Assembly: GCF_963676685.1 (NCBI RefSeq)
Contig: NC_092350.1
Span: 20,274,001-20,338,000 of the forward strand
Origin: Mytilus edulis
Taxonomy: Eukaryota
Length of the DNA stretch: 64,000 nt
Direction: 5' to 3'
Shown here: positions 27,557-40,755 of the stretch, one piece after another
Numbering within the stretch: the first letter of the stretch is position 1
Layout of the letters: every line of letters starts with the position of its first letter
Program-made: the position numbers and the translations under genes
Notes under the pieces: generated by a model
What the model saw: only the letters and a program-made list of their open reading frames with translations
The model's database searches: none
What the model was told of the DNA's origin: nothing

Positions 27557-30500
27557 GTATCATCGCCACCGGAAATTGGGTACTAACGAAGCGGAGAGAA
27601 ATAGAAAAAAAAGTAAACAAGTTAAGAATTCATTCAATTTAAAGCATTTCCACTCATTTGATGAGGGTGTCGCATAAGAAATGATTTTCTTATATATAAT
27701 TCTTTAAATATTAGGCCGATAAGTACAAAATTAATACAAGATTTTGTGTAATACTCCAAAACTTGCCACTTAGTACCGGAAAATTTCGAGGTCGATCGTC
27801 CTCTGTCGCCCCATTCTCAAGATACTGAACTGTTTTTCATTATTTTCCCAGACACGTTTTTAGATTATTATAGTGTGGCATCATATTTACTGAAATTTGT
27901 TGTCAAAAAGATGTATTTTAAAGAATATAGACCATAAAAAATAAAGTCTAGGGTACGGCAACTTGCTCGTGTTGACAAATTTACTGTATGGCAACTTGTT
28001 TTCAGCTGTACAGCAACTTGCTAATTTTAGAATAGTCATTTAACGTCCTTTCAAAGAAAATAAAGTATTAAGTTAAAATATCTAAGGTTTGAGGGGGGTA
28101 CCCTTTTATATTAAACTGTTTTTGTCCATTTCAAGGTTTTAATTTGTTTAAAACTGTTATTTGACTGATAAATTTTAAAAACTGTTAACTGTTTTCGACC
28201 CACTGTCTGTAATCGTTTTGTTAAAATTTGCAATGTTGTTCATAGGTGCTTGAGGACAGGATCCTGTTATGAGCCCCACCCCCTAGTCCCTCCCCCTTAT
28301 TATCATAAATCTCAGTCGACTATAGTCGAGATTCACGTTGATAGTAAACATGCATATTTAGAGTAAAAATATGGTATATTAGTATATATATGGTAAAAAT
28401 ATGTGATATATATTAAAAAATCTGAGATTTATGATAATAAGGGGGAGGGACTAGGGGAGGGGGGGGGCTCATAACAGGATCCTGTCCTCAAGCACCTATG
28501 ATATATGGAACTGTACATGTCTTTAAAAAATCTTTGAGTATAGTAAATCCTTGATAAAATTGAGAATGGAAATGAGGAAAATGTCAAAGAAACAGAAGCC
28601 CGACCAAATAGAAGAAAAAACCCAACGCAACGAGAAAATTATGCATTAGGGTGGGGTGTCAATTCACAGATAGGAAAAAAACTTAGAAACGACACTATTA
28701 TTATTCAACTATCTAAAAATCAATTCAGTTGTACAAAAACTTTCATATTTAGAAAATTCGCCATGGCTATAATGCGAAACTACACTTGTAACTGTGTATT
28801 GATATACCTGAAGCTATCTCCTAAGTGAGCAATCATTTAACTACAAAAAGGGGGTAGAAGTTCAATGTTTGTTTCTTGAAACATATAAATGAACCAAAAT
28901 TTAAAAAATGAAATAAATACAAGACTATATACAAATGTAGCAAAGGTTACGGACTCAAGTTGGGTCATGCAGGTGCAACAAATGCGGCAGTGTTAAACAT
29001 GTTTAGGGATATCTCATGCCCCTCTTTATACGTCTAACCAATGTAGTTATATCTGCCTTCTATTTGTAATGTACCCAAAACGTTAAAAGGAAAGGCCACT
29101 TCTTATCCGGTAAAACTCTGGTCAGTCCTATGATGAAAATAATTCAGATGTATATGGAATGTTTGATAAGTTATATTGACCCAGAGTACCTGAACGGAAT
29201 TGTGAAAAATAAATTACCTTTTCAATTTGCAATTCGTAAAATAACTGAACTGTGTGGCCTGGTAGACGAGGCCGAAAAATGAGCACTATAAGGTTCTCAA
29301 ATTGATGTCAAATTTTCTAGTCTAAGACTTCAGAAATGTAAAGATGGACCAAGGCTTTTTTTTTTATATCAGATCAGAGTTCTTAATTGGGACTTGGAGA
29401 TGAAAGAGCGCTTCAACTTGTGACACCTTACATGTTTTTTGTCTGATTTATACACTGGTTTTGATGATTTAAAATAAAAATCAGTAAACCTTCGTAATTC
29501 AAGTTTGCTACGACTGATGACATAAAACATTTACTAAACAATATACATAACCAGAAGAAGCCTCCATTTTGCTGTTTGAAGCATTTTTGATTATTGATGA
29601 CATAGTCCTTTTTCTTGGAGTCAATCACTCCGTCTGCTTTTCCATCCGTTCAATTGTCTGGCCATGTGTCAATAAAAACTTGTGGTACTTGCGTGTGTCT
29701 TCTGAAAATTAGTCAGCTTTATAAAAGATTCCTTATGGAGCTTGGCATTTCTGCGACTTTATACAGTGGTTTTCAAACTTTTGAATACATTGAAGATATG
29801 CACTTGCCCTTTTCATTGCTTTTGGGTTCTTTTGGAAAAAAGGGTAAATTAAAATTGCTGTTAACTCTTATCAGCATTTAAAATTTGTTGTTAACTGTTT
29901 TTGCCAAAATCGGGTAGTTGTGAACATGTTAACGGACCCCTCCTCCTATCTAATTATGCATTAGATAAAATGAATTAGATAGAAACACCATTTGCTTGAC
30001 AGCATTTAAGATGTATACAAATGAAATTTTTCAAAAAGAAACTGACAAGAAAATTAATTCGAAATGCAATTCACGATTTGTTTCTCCTTACTTTCGATGA
30101 AAACAAATCTTTTCTTAATTTTGTCTGTCCGAATTCTCGATCCTGTGGTTCGGTGGTTGTCGTTGCTTCATCTCTATCTTATTTTGTTGTTTTCATAAAT
30201 TGTTTTGTTACACTGTATATGAGTTAGGCCGTTAGTGTACTTGTTGAGTCCTTCCGCCAAATTTTTCTGTCGGTGTTTTTTATAGCCGACTATAAGGTAC
30301 GAGTTTTCGTTGTTGAAGGCCGTACGATAGCATATAATTGCTTGCATACACTTTATTTTATCCTGATGGATAGTTATCTTATTTGCTATCATACCACATC
30401 TCCACTGTTTTTATCTATAAAAAAAAAGCCAGCACCAACAAAAGATGAATGGACGGTTTATATTATTGAACTTACACAATTTCAACCTAACAACAAATAA

Positions 30501-31228
30501 GACAACAGTCGTTAGTAGTATAACGATATATAAATGTATTTAGGATAATATGGTTGAAAAAAACCTTTTTGTACAAAATCAAAAAGCGGTACGCAACGAG
30601 GCCTTCTGAACTGAATTAACGGCATATATTTAATAATATTTGACAAGTAAGACATTTGGTATATTTGTAAGCCTGTAAAGCTTTGATATCAACAAAATAT
30701 CGTCACTTGATATTATCTAAACAGCGAGTAATTTCCTCTTAAAATTATAATATATTGCAAGACGCCGTACAGACAAAAGTTGTTATTTTGCAATTCGCCG
30801 TACAACGTCCTGCAATTCGCCGTACAACAAACAAACAATGTTTTTGTCCATATTCTTTAAAAAACATGTTTTTGACAACAAATTTCAGTAAATATGATGC
30901 CACACTATAATAATCTAAAAACGTGTCTGGAAAAATAATGAAAAACAGTTCAATATCTTGAGAATGGGGCGACAGAGGATGATCGACCTCGAAATTTTCC
31001 GGTACTACATGTAAGTGGCAAATTTTGGAGTATTACTCAAAATCTTGCATCAATTTTGTACTTATCGGCCTAATAATTTAAAGAATTATATATCAGAAAA
31101 TCTTTTCTTAAGCGGCACCCTCATCACATGAGTGGAAATGCTTTAAATTGAATGAATTCTTAACTTGTTTACTTTTTTTTCTATTTCTCTCCGCTTCGTT
31201 AGTACCCAATTTTCAGTGGCGATGATAC
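27557..31228. mobile_element. Non-autonomous DNA transposon with ~375-bp terminal inverted repeats (foldback-like), 3.7 kb
   Basis: 27557-27932 is a near-perfect reverse complement of about 30847-31228 (gtatcatcgccac.g.aaattgggtactaacgaagcggagagaaatag...). Subterminal gtacggcaacttg / caattcgccgtac repeats. Confidence 0.9.
28240..28501. mobile_element. MITE with ~75-bp TIRs nested in the foldback element
   Basis: tcataggtgcttgaggacaggatcctgttatgagcccc...cttattatcataaatctcag is inverted at 28422-28501; internal palindrome tcgactatagtcga. Confidence 0.88.
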
Positions 31229-33964
31229 ACAGTGGAAATAGGGTTGTCTAAAATCCTTGCTTAAGACTTCTCTGTGCATGTTCGGGTTGTAGGAATACGC
31301 GCCCATCTATATTCTGAGATAAGATTTTTACTCTGATGCCTTTATATGAAAAGAGCCACGCTCTCTGCACGTTGATTGCCGATTGCTATAGCACGCTAAG
31401 AGGTCCGTTGTGAGCCTTATGCAAGGCTCAGTTCATGACCAATATTTCACAAAAAAAACTTCTCGAATATATATAGACCTTATCCTTTGGAATCATCGGA
31501 AGAAAGAATTCCTTTTCTTTGAAAAACAAAAATGCAAATATCTTTCTACTATCTGGTCAATAGACGCTTCACGAAAAATGTTACTAACCAACACCACTTC
31601 AAGCTATTCTGGACAGGATATATTGCAAGTTATCCTTCAGGATTTCACAATATCTTATTTTATTTCGAAAAAAAGAATACGTAAATAATTTAAGTGGAGG
31701 AAAATCAAATCAGCTGTTACACATATCACAACAAAGAATCAAAAGGACTTACATTGCATGCAATGATAAAAATTGGTATAAATTTAATATCTTCACTATG
31801 AACACTAGTACTAACACATAGCGATACAAAATGTTAAACGATAATCTTTCTATTTTAAAATACGGTATAATTTACTTTTATATACGAATGCATTCAGAAT
31901 CTCGAGAACATTTTGTATAATTGGTTAAAATCACAAGTTAAACCTGCATATTGGTTTTAATCGCTTTTATAATAGATATTATCTGAACTTTTGTATTTGT
32001 AAATTTATTCTCATAATTTCTATTTTACGAGCAAATTATTTGTTATATCCTCCAAAAACAAAGTTGGAATCCATTTTCTGTTTTATCATTCTGATTGTCT
32101 ATATGTACATACACGGAATACAGTATTATATATCGTCATAATAAGGGATACCCTACACAATTATTATGTTTGATATTCAATAATAAAGGACATCAAGCAA
32201 GCTAAAATGAATCAGCAATGAAAATTCATTTGAATTTCGTTAAAGGAAAGATAGATAACCCATTTTTTTTATTACTCAGCCTTATGATTCAGTAGTTAGT
32301 CACAGCAGCAATATATGTTACTTAAAAAAAAACGACTTTACAAGAAAAAAGTGAAAGAAGAACAGACAACATTGCAAGGGGGTGGGGTGGTGAGGCACAC
32401 GACAATTCAAATGAAATTTTATATTGAACAACAGTAACACAGCCGTTAGAAACCAATCTGACTGTTTCAAACACCGCCATCAAAAAAAGGTGCTACAAAA
32501 GTGTACACACCCTTCATAGTTGTTTTGTCAAAAAACGAGCTTGACAACAACTTTTACTTCGATGTCTAAAGATGACATTAAAGTGGTAAAACAATCCTTT
32601 ATTGGTGCTGATTTGTAAAAATAAATTCTGCACTGTACAGCTATCCAGATGGCCTTCAAACTGATTATATATATGAAGCTGATGATGTGTGTTACCTATA
32701 ACGTATAAAGCATTTGAAACGAACGTCAATGAAGGTATTTATATAGGTCGGACAATTGAAATAGATATTAATCGTTGTCTGAATAGCTGTGTGACTAAAG
32801 CTAAAACATAATTGACCCTTTTAAAAATTTTGACATTTTTGACTTAAAATATACGCAGAAATGAAAATAGTTAAAACTTAGATAATTTGTTTCTTATACA
32901 AAAAGGTGTTACTACAGAAAAACATTAAATGTACAATGTATGAAGAGAAAATACATCAAGGTTGAGGCCATATTTTTAGTACCATAATTCCTCAAAGCAA
33001 AAATATAGAATAGCCTATAAAAAATATCAATGGGATTAATCAGTAAGATGTCGGTAATTAGATAATTATTTTTTCTCTTTTCAGTAACGTTATTTCTGTA
33101 GCACAAAGCGAAGTTTTATTAGAATTTCAAATACTAAAAGAATAGATCAAAAATGATATTTATTATACACGGATGGCGATGGGAACAGAGACATATATTG
33201 GACTCTGGTGAGAACAAATGATTATTCTTGTAAGTCTGTCACTCAAAATTAAAATACCCAAAAAATAAATGTTTTATAATTATTGACCTTAAAAATTACA
33301 TATTGACATTTCCTTGATGATTATGACATAATAAATTTTTTTATGAAATGGATTCGAAATGTATCGCATACAGTATTTTGTGTTACAATTGCAGTATAAG
33401 GTTACAAGGGAATAACGAACAAATGCATAAATATGTTCAAAATTTTGTATATTTTCAGCACCTCTGCATATTCTTTATAACTATATGTCTTCATTCTCGA
33501 CTTTGAACGTTAAATGTTGCATTTTGTTGTAGGTGAGGAAATATTGGTAGTCGAATACTTTTGCGTTAAATCGAGATACGAAATCAAGCAGAAATTTAAT
33601 CCCTTGGTGTCGTTGATGTCGTGTAAGATTCGCTAAGTTTCTATTTATCAAACGAACAGTAAAATATGAAGTGCTGTTTACATTTACGCAATTGGATGAC
33701 ATTTAAAATATAATGTCTGTGTAAATGTAATACCGAGGTCATATACTATTGGCATGTTTTAGTTAATAGACCACGCAATTAAAATTGTACATACATTTCT
33801 TCTCAATTTACAATTTATTTTGCGTTGAAAATAGAAATAAAAAGTATTCCCAGATCTCCGATTACGCAAATTGTTTCTTTTTATGCATTACCAGAATGAT
33901 ATGTTTTACCTTAGACTAGAATAATACGGGAATATCATTCTTAAAGTTATGCATTGTAGTAAAT

Positions 33965-34240
33965 AAACCCATTATAGATACCAGGCATTTTGAACGCCAG
34001 ATGCGCGCTTCGTCTACTGTGACGTTGAATCACATAAATTTGAAGAACAAATAAAGTACGCAGTTGAAGAGTATTGAGTACCACAAATTACAAAATGTTT
34101 TGCCAATTGCAGCTATATTCCTTGGGTAGAAAAATATAATATTTTGAAAATTCAATTGTAGACAGTCAATTCATAAATGCGGCTGTATCAATGACAATAT
34201 ATGTCACCATATAAGTGCTGACTACTCGTCTGGGGATGCC
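33965..34240 (-). repeat. Degenerate antisense copy of the hammerhead-bearing repeat
   Basis: Reverse complement gives acgtcacagtagacgaagcgcgcatctggcgtt: the ribozyme 3' half is retained and the CTGATGA core is lost. Confidence 0.7.
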
Positions 34241-34785
34241 GTTTCATCAAGCCAGTAGATAATATAACTATTGGTTTCGCGAATTGACTTCAGATGTGAT
34301 TTGGACATAATATGCAGATCTATGAAGTTGTTCTAAGCTGAAAAAGAGACCAATTTCTTATATATTTTTCTTTAGGTATGAAAATATGTCCTGACGGAAA
34401 TTAATAATATCGTCAACACTTTATATATTTTCTTTTACATAGAATAGTACAATGTGAATATGGGAGGTTAACCAATGACTTTTTATTATTGCCATCATTC
34501 TATGTACTTCGTAGCCCTTACTTTAGACGATCCGTAATTGTAACATTGAGAGTAAAACGCTGTGGGTGTAAGTTAGATCCCTAATTTTCTTTAATTTGGT
34601 TTCTTTATCTGTTTTATCCTATGTAGCTTTATTTAAGCAATTTCTAATGAATAGTTACAGACAATTTATTCTAATCTCTCTGATGTTACAATACGACATG
34701 ATCGCAAACTGGTTTATTCAAATTAATACAGAATAGCCTTGTCGAAAGCAGAATGGCTTTTCTTATAATTGATTCTAATTATATA

Positions 34786-36652
34786 TGTTACAGGCATTTT
34801 CTAAATTTAGGCATTTTGTAAAATGACTGAATTTTTAGGCATTTTCTAAAATGCCTAAAGTTGACAGGCATTTTACAAAATGCCTAAAAAAACCTAGTCA
34901 TTTTGTAAAATGCCTGAAATTTTTAATGAAAATTTCACAAATTGCCTAGTCTGTTTCAAGCAAACTTGTGTAAATATAAAATACATAAAATAGATGATCA
35001 AAATCTATTGTAAAGCTACAAAAAAGGGTTGATTAAGATATCATTCTTTGAAAAAGTAGCCTGCAGGTTAAGTCTTTATGTTTTACTAGTTTTAATGACA
35101 ATAACTAGAAACTCCATAAAGCAACAACTTTGAGTAAGTACTCACTCTCTATTTCATTATTAACCTTCTTTGTATTATTATGGCAGAAGGGCATGTTGTT
35201 CTTACACCAGAACAAATATTTAAAATAAACAATTAATTGAAAATGCTAAACAGAAAAGTGTTATATGGAATAGAGAAAAATATAAAACTATTTTGAACAA
35301 AATTAAGATTGGAATAAAAGGACATTCTTCGGATTATCATCATATTCAAAGGTACATGTAGGTACATTTCTTCTGTTGAGCTATAAGTTATTTTAAAGTT
35401 TTCATAACAAACAGTAATAAGAAAATCTATAGGCTCCTAGGGGCCTGAATTGCTCAGCTGGCAAAATATTGAAAATAAAAATATGATGCACTCAAGGTAT
35501 ATTTTAACAATTGGTCAAATAAAAAAAGGACATTATCAAATAAGAAACTTTTATTTGGAATGAAAGTGGAGTTAAAGCGTACTTGGAAAACCATGCAGAC
35601 TGTGGTTACTTACTAGGCGTATCCTCTTAAGCCGTATTTTCTTACCCCTGTTAGAAATCCCCAGTCAGACGGCCAGCTAGCCTGTAACAGACTTCACTTC
35701 AAATGAGCAATCGATATGACATCCAATGAAAAGTAACGTTTCATCTTATCATACTTTCGAACATCCAGTTTTTGACTTGTGCACAGTACATACATGAGCT
35801 GTATTCAAAAAGGAAACATGTCTGAAACTATTACTTGTCATCTGTGTTCAAATGAAGAGGTTATCAGAAATGAAAGAAGGCATGCATCAGACTCCGTACC
35901 AAAACAAGCTGTCAGGATGAGAAATCTATCGGAAAGAGTTTTTGCAGAGGTGTTGGAGCGAATGTGTTAGTTGCAATTCCCTATGTGGATCGAGGGAAAG
36001 GAGACCCGCGTAATCTTATGGCTGTTGTTACTGGAAAGAAAGAGCATGGTTATCAACTGGGAATTAAAGATGGAAAACTACGTGGACTTTACACCAATAT
36101 CAGTTTGAACTGTCTTACAGTAATTTTATTGCTATTCAATCTGTAAATTATGATAATGAAATATCCTTTAGAAAAGCTGTCAGTAAAATTTCTTTGTGTG
36201 ATGGTCAGAGTTACACAAAATGTGTCTGTAGTGCTAGTGGTAAGACTAGATGTAACACTAAACGTTGTCTTTTCAAAAGTCAGAACAAATGTGTAACAGT
36301 CGCTGTCATCCAAACATTACATGTAGCAACAAATAATTGTCATCTTCAGTGTTAATGTAAATGATTTAATTACAATCATAAAACCGTAACTGTTTAAGTT
36401 GCATGCTATGTTTAATGATAGAATAAAATTATCTATTTGATATTTCCAGTCGTTAAATTTTGAGTACATTCCATTCAGTTTTAGTCTTTTAGGCATTTTG
36501 TAAAATGCCTTACAATTTTTTTAGGCATTTTGTAAAATGCCTGAAGAAAATAGTAAATTTGTAAAATGCCTAAATCTTGCAGGCATTTTAGAAAATGCCT
36601 AAAACTTTCAGTCATTTTACAAAATGCCTGAATTTAGAAAATGCCTGTAACA
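34786..36652 (+). mobile_element. Internally deleted Ginger2/TDD-type DNA transposon (KRBA2-like transposase remnant)
   Basis: TGTTACAGGCATTTTCTAAATT...AATTTAGAAAATGCCTGTAACA TIRs with TGT..ACA ends and a TATA 4-bp TSD. Subterminal aggcattttgtaaaatgcct palindromes. Frameshifted C-terminal VAIPYVDRGKGDPRNL, YQLGIKDGKL, GQSYTKCVC and CNSRCHPNITCSNK* (about 35800-36337); no integrase core visible. Confidence 0.85.
35547..35706 (+). pseudogene. PIF/Harbinger (HARBI1-like, DDE_Tnp_4) transposase fragment
   Basis: Reads TFIWNESGVKAYLENHADCGYLLG / (frameshift, DS missing) AYPLKPYFLTPVRNPQSDGQLACNRLH, matching the LLGDSxYPL.P.L.TP..NP.....YN..H motif. Confidence 0.8.
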
Positions 36653-37089
36653 TATACAACGTCAATGCTTAAAAGCGCTATTCTTTATAATTGACCTATT
36701 ATTGTTGCTAATTTCAATTGTGCTTTGAAGAGTTGTCATTTTATTATTTTCGGCTATTGTAGTAACTATTTGATAACATATATCATTCGACTTATCCCTT
36801 AATGATCTGAGAAAGCCGGACATAGGTCTTTGAGTGACATTATAGGTTTCTTTTCTTTTCAATATGAACAAATGAAAAGATAGGTGAAGCAGATGTTCTT
36901 AAATTGACCCTAATTTGAGAGGGACTAAGATAATTAAAGAGTAGTAAACCACTACTTTAGCTCATTGGTATTTGGGGAAATTAAAAAGTAATGTTCTCTA
37001 TTAAAACTATATGACTATCAATGGTTAAGATTGATACAATGTGGGCAAGGGTTGATGAAAAACCTAATACCATTCATCTCTTCCATACA

Positions 37090-37410
37090 ACTTGATAACA
37101 AACGGTTTACAGCCCAGTAGTCAACATTTCGGTGTTGACATGAATATCAATAATGTGGTTATTTTTATAAATTTCCTGCTTACAAAACATTGAATTTTAC
37201 GAAAAACTAAGGATTTTCTTATCCCAGGCATAGATTACCTTAGCCGTATTTGGCACAACTTTTTGGAATTTTGGATCCTCAATGCTCTTCAACTTTGAAC
37301 TTGTTTGGCTTTATAAATATTTTGATATGAGCGTCACTGATGAGTCTTATGTAGACGAAACGCGCGTCTGGCGTACTAAATTATAATCCTGGTACCTTTG
37401 ATAACTATTT
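37090..37410 (+). mobile_element. Retrozyme / Penelope-associated repeat monomer carrying a hammerhead ribozyme
   Basis: Well-preserved ~320-bp copy of a family with degraded copies at 23810, 33965 and about 39500; contains the hammerhead at 37331-37374. Confidence 0.8.
37331..37374 (+). ncRNA. Minimal type I hammerhead ribozyme
   Basis: gcgtca CTGATGA gtc-ttatgta-gac GAAA c-gcgc-g TC tggcgt: stem I GCGUCA/UGGCGU, intact core, stem II, very short stem III with palindromic ACGCGCGT; predicted cleavage after C37368 (GUC). Confidence 0.9.
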
Positions 37411-37804
37411 ACCTATCGTTTCCTACAGTTCTTCCTTACAAATAAGGAACTTCTAAGTCAAGGGATCACAAAAACATTAAAAATGTAACCTCTTCCTAAT
37501 CAGCAGCTATTGTCCTTTACCTTTAATAGCAATGTCATGGGTTGCTGTCACAAAAATTTTACTCCATATTTTCATGTCATGAACAATTCGGTCATGTCAT
37601 GAACGAAAAAAGGGGGACCAAATAATGATATCGTCCAAAAAATTGCGAAGAGAGATGACCTTTACCATTAAGAAACCCTTTATCAAACAAATTGCTTCTT
37701 TTTAAGCAGCAACTATTTTATCAATGATTTCTTAATAAGAAGCGTTTGTAACTAGAAGGTATTTATTCCATTATGCAGTTGCTTGCTAAATATTAACTGA
37801 AATA

Positions 37805-37930
37805 GAAATTCACAATGGAATCGTAATTATTAACTAAAAAAAGAAATTCACAATGGAATCGTAATTATTAACTCAAAACAGAAATTCACAATGGAATCTT
37901 AATTATTAACTAAAAAATGAAATTCACAAT
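37805..37930. repeat. 38-bp tandem repeat, about 3.3 copies
   Basis: gaaattcacaatggaatcgtaattattaact starts at 37805, 37843, 37881 and partially at 37919. Confidence 0.9.
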
Positions 37931-40755
37931 TTCTTTTTCATTAAGTTTACACTGGTAAAAATGCCACACATGTGAACATGCGTGACACATGCGTTTCACA
38001 TGTGTGTCGCACGCATGTGAAAGAGACGTTTCATGCCACGCATGTGACACATGTGTGAAAAACGAATGTGATACGCATGATATACACATGTGATCATGCG
38101 TTTCATATGTGAATCACATGTGTAAGGAAAAACACCTGTGATACATGTGTGATTTCTGCATACAAAAGGCATGGTGCCTGTATTAAAAATTTTGCAAAAT
38201 GTGTGATACGCATGATATACACATGTGATCATGCGTTTCACATGTGAATCACGTGTGTAAGGAAATACACCTGTGATACATGCGTGATTTCTGCATGTAA
38301 AAGGCATGGTGCCTGTATTAAATATTTTTCAAAATGTATTCCTATTTGTCCAATTACCATGATCGTTGACATGTATCGAAGTTCTAATGTGAATTAAATG
38401 GGTTATACATAGGTTTTCCATATATATATACACAGGCAAATTTTGTTCAGGTAAATTTCATGTGAGATTCACCTGAAACAAGCTTATACATGAAACTCGT
38501 GTTCAATTAATGTGAATTGAGCTCAGCTAACATGAAATTCATGTTAAATTGTTCATGTGAAGCTAACCTGAATCGAGCATTCGTATTAATTTTTCTAAAA
38601 TGAAATAAAAGTGAATTGAGCACCAATCACACAAATTCACAGTATTTGAGCATATTTTAGATTAAGTCAATGCTAATCTAGTGCACATTCTATTTTGATA
38701 TAAATAAATATTTTTCTTGGTCTTGACTATGTGTTCATACTTCAATTGTATTTTACTTTCTTGATCCTTATCAATACAAATCCAAACTCACAATATCTCC
38801 AATGCAAGAGATAAGATGTAATAAAACAAAGAAGGCAAGCAAATATCCAGGTTACCTTAAGTTCACTCCTAGAATTTTGTTGGTTATGTTCAAGTCGCAA
38901 TATTTTTTTAAAAAGTGATGTAAGGATTGGTAATTCAATTATAGAATATGTATGCACTGATGGATATTTCATTTTTATTATATATATATAAGTCATTTTG
39001 TGGTTATCAGTCATGAGACAATCCAATCCCATTGTGGAAATTGTCTTACTTGCAAAAGATGCCAATGCTTCTTTTAAAATTTTGAAGAAAAAAAGTAGTT
39101 TACCCTGCCACATATTCGTGTGCCTGTTTTAAGCTAGGGTTTCATTGGTTGTCTTAAGTTTCATCCTAATAAAAAGCATATCTAAAACAAAATTGTGTTA
39201 TTAAATAGCAGCTCTTTGATTGGTATAGACTCTGGTTAATTAAGTTGATCATGACATTGTTTAGACAACTGTTTATTGTTGAGGACTGTATGTTAGCACC
39301 TTAATGCCTTTCATATGTTTTTGTTGTTGTGTAACTGTCTGATTGATTTATACCTCATTTCACAAAAGCGGCATTATATTAATAAATTGAAATAGAAAGG
39401 TTCTGTTAAATATATTTGATATGCCATATTGAATGCCTTACAGTTATTTACAACTGTTTCCTTCTTATTTCAAAACAAAATTTGACAAACAACAAACATA
39501 TCTGGCGTATACACTAAATTTAGTCCTGGTATCTATGATGAGTTTTTTTTTATACCATTAGAAAATTTCAAAGTTTGGCTTCACAATAATATAAAAGTTC
39601 TTGTTATTTCAAATATTTATATAAAATTCAATTTAAAACATGCTGTGCATTATTTATTTTTAGACTATTATTGTCATTTTGACACAATAATTTGAATTTG
39701 AATTGTCATGATTGTATTATATTCTGAAAGTACTTGTGTTTGAAAAAATATACACAATATTTAATTCCATGTGTTTGAGATTTCTTGAATACATCACTCC
39801 CATATCATGTCTTTGTTTAAGAGTTCTCTCCTGCATGTATCTGCTGTAATTGCTATTTGTACCCACGGCTTCATTCATACATTTGCACTTATCCTTCTAA
39901 GATGTTGCTTGAATGATAAAATCCTGTAATACATTATCAGCCATCAGACTCTTGGAATACAGCTGCTGTAATTAAAAAAAAAAAATAACCATAAATTATT
40001 GGCTTACAATCAAGCAAAAATGATAACATAAATTTGATAAGTAATGATTTACCAAGCTTACATATATATATACATATATATCGTGTGAACAACTGGAGTG
40101 GAGAAATAATAGTTGTTGTTTTTGCTACATGTATTTATCATGGTTGTTTTTTTCGCTTTTATGTAAATCAGGCCCTTAATTTTCTCTTTGGAATTGTTTT
40201 ACATCTGTCATTCCAGGACATAGCTTGCTTGATGCTGTACTGGTTTTGCTCATTGTTGAAAGTTGTACATACATGTAAAGTGATCTTTAGTTGCTAACAT
40301 TCAGTCATTTTGACCTGATGAATAGTTGTCTCATTGGCAATGATACTACATATTTTCTTTTTTTTTTAAATAATAAAAACTAACTCTATTTATGCATGTG
40401 TACTACACATTACCTGTGTATATAATACGTATGACATTTGGACCTAAATGGCGACCAATTTAACCAGATACTCCGCAGGGTGCAGCTTTATACGACTGCA
40501 GAGGTCGAACCCTGAAGGTTGAGGCAAGTATGGACACAACATTCAAGCTGAATACAGGATTTACAGCTCTGAATTTGGATTCTGATTAAATAGTTGACAC
40601 ATCATAGGTTTCTGACACAGAATACATGTGGTCTAATGAACTTAATTTTTTTTTTTGCTTTTGAGCAATTTACTTTGCTGTTGAATATTAATCCTCTCAA
40701 AGAAAAAATATTTGAAGAAATTTTCTTTTTAAATTCTGAAATCTAAAATGAGAAA

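Noticed and set aside
37996-38307. 103-aa His/Cys/Met-rich ORF with an internal repeat
   Set aside because: It is the translation of the CACATG-rich subterminal repeat and its 135-bp duplication.
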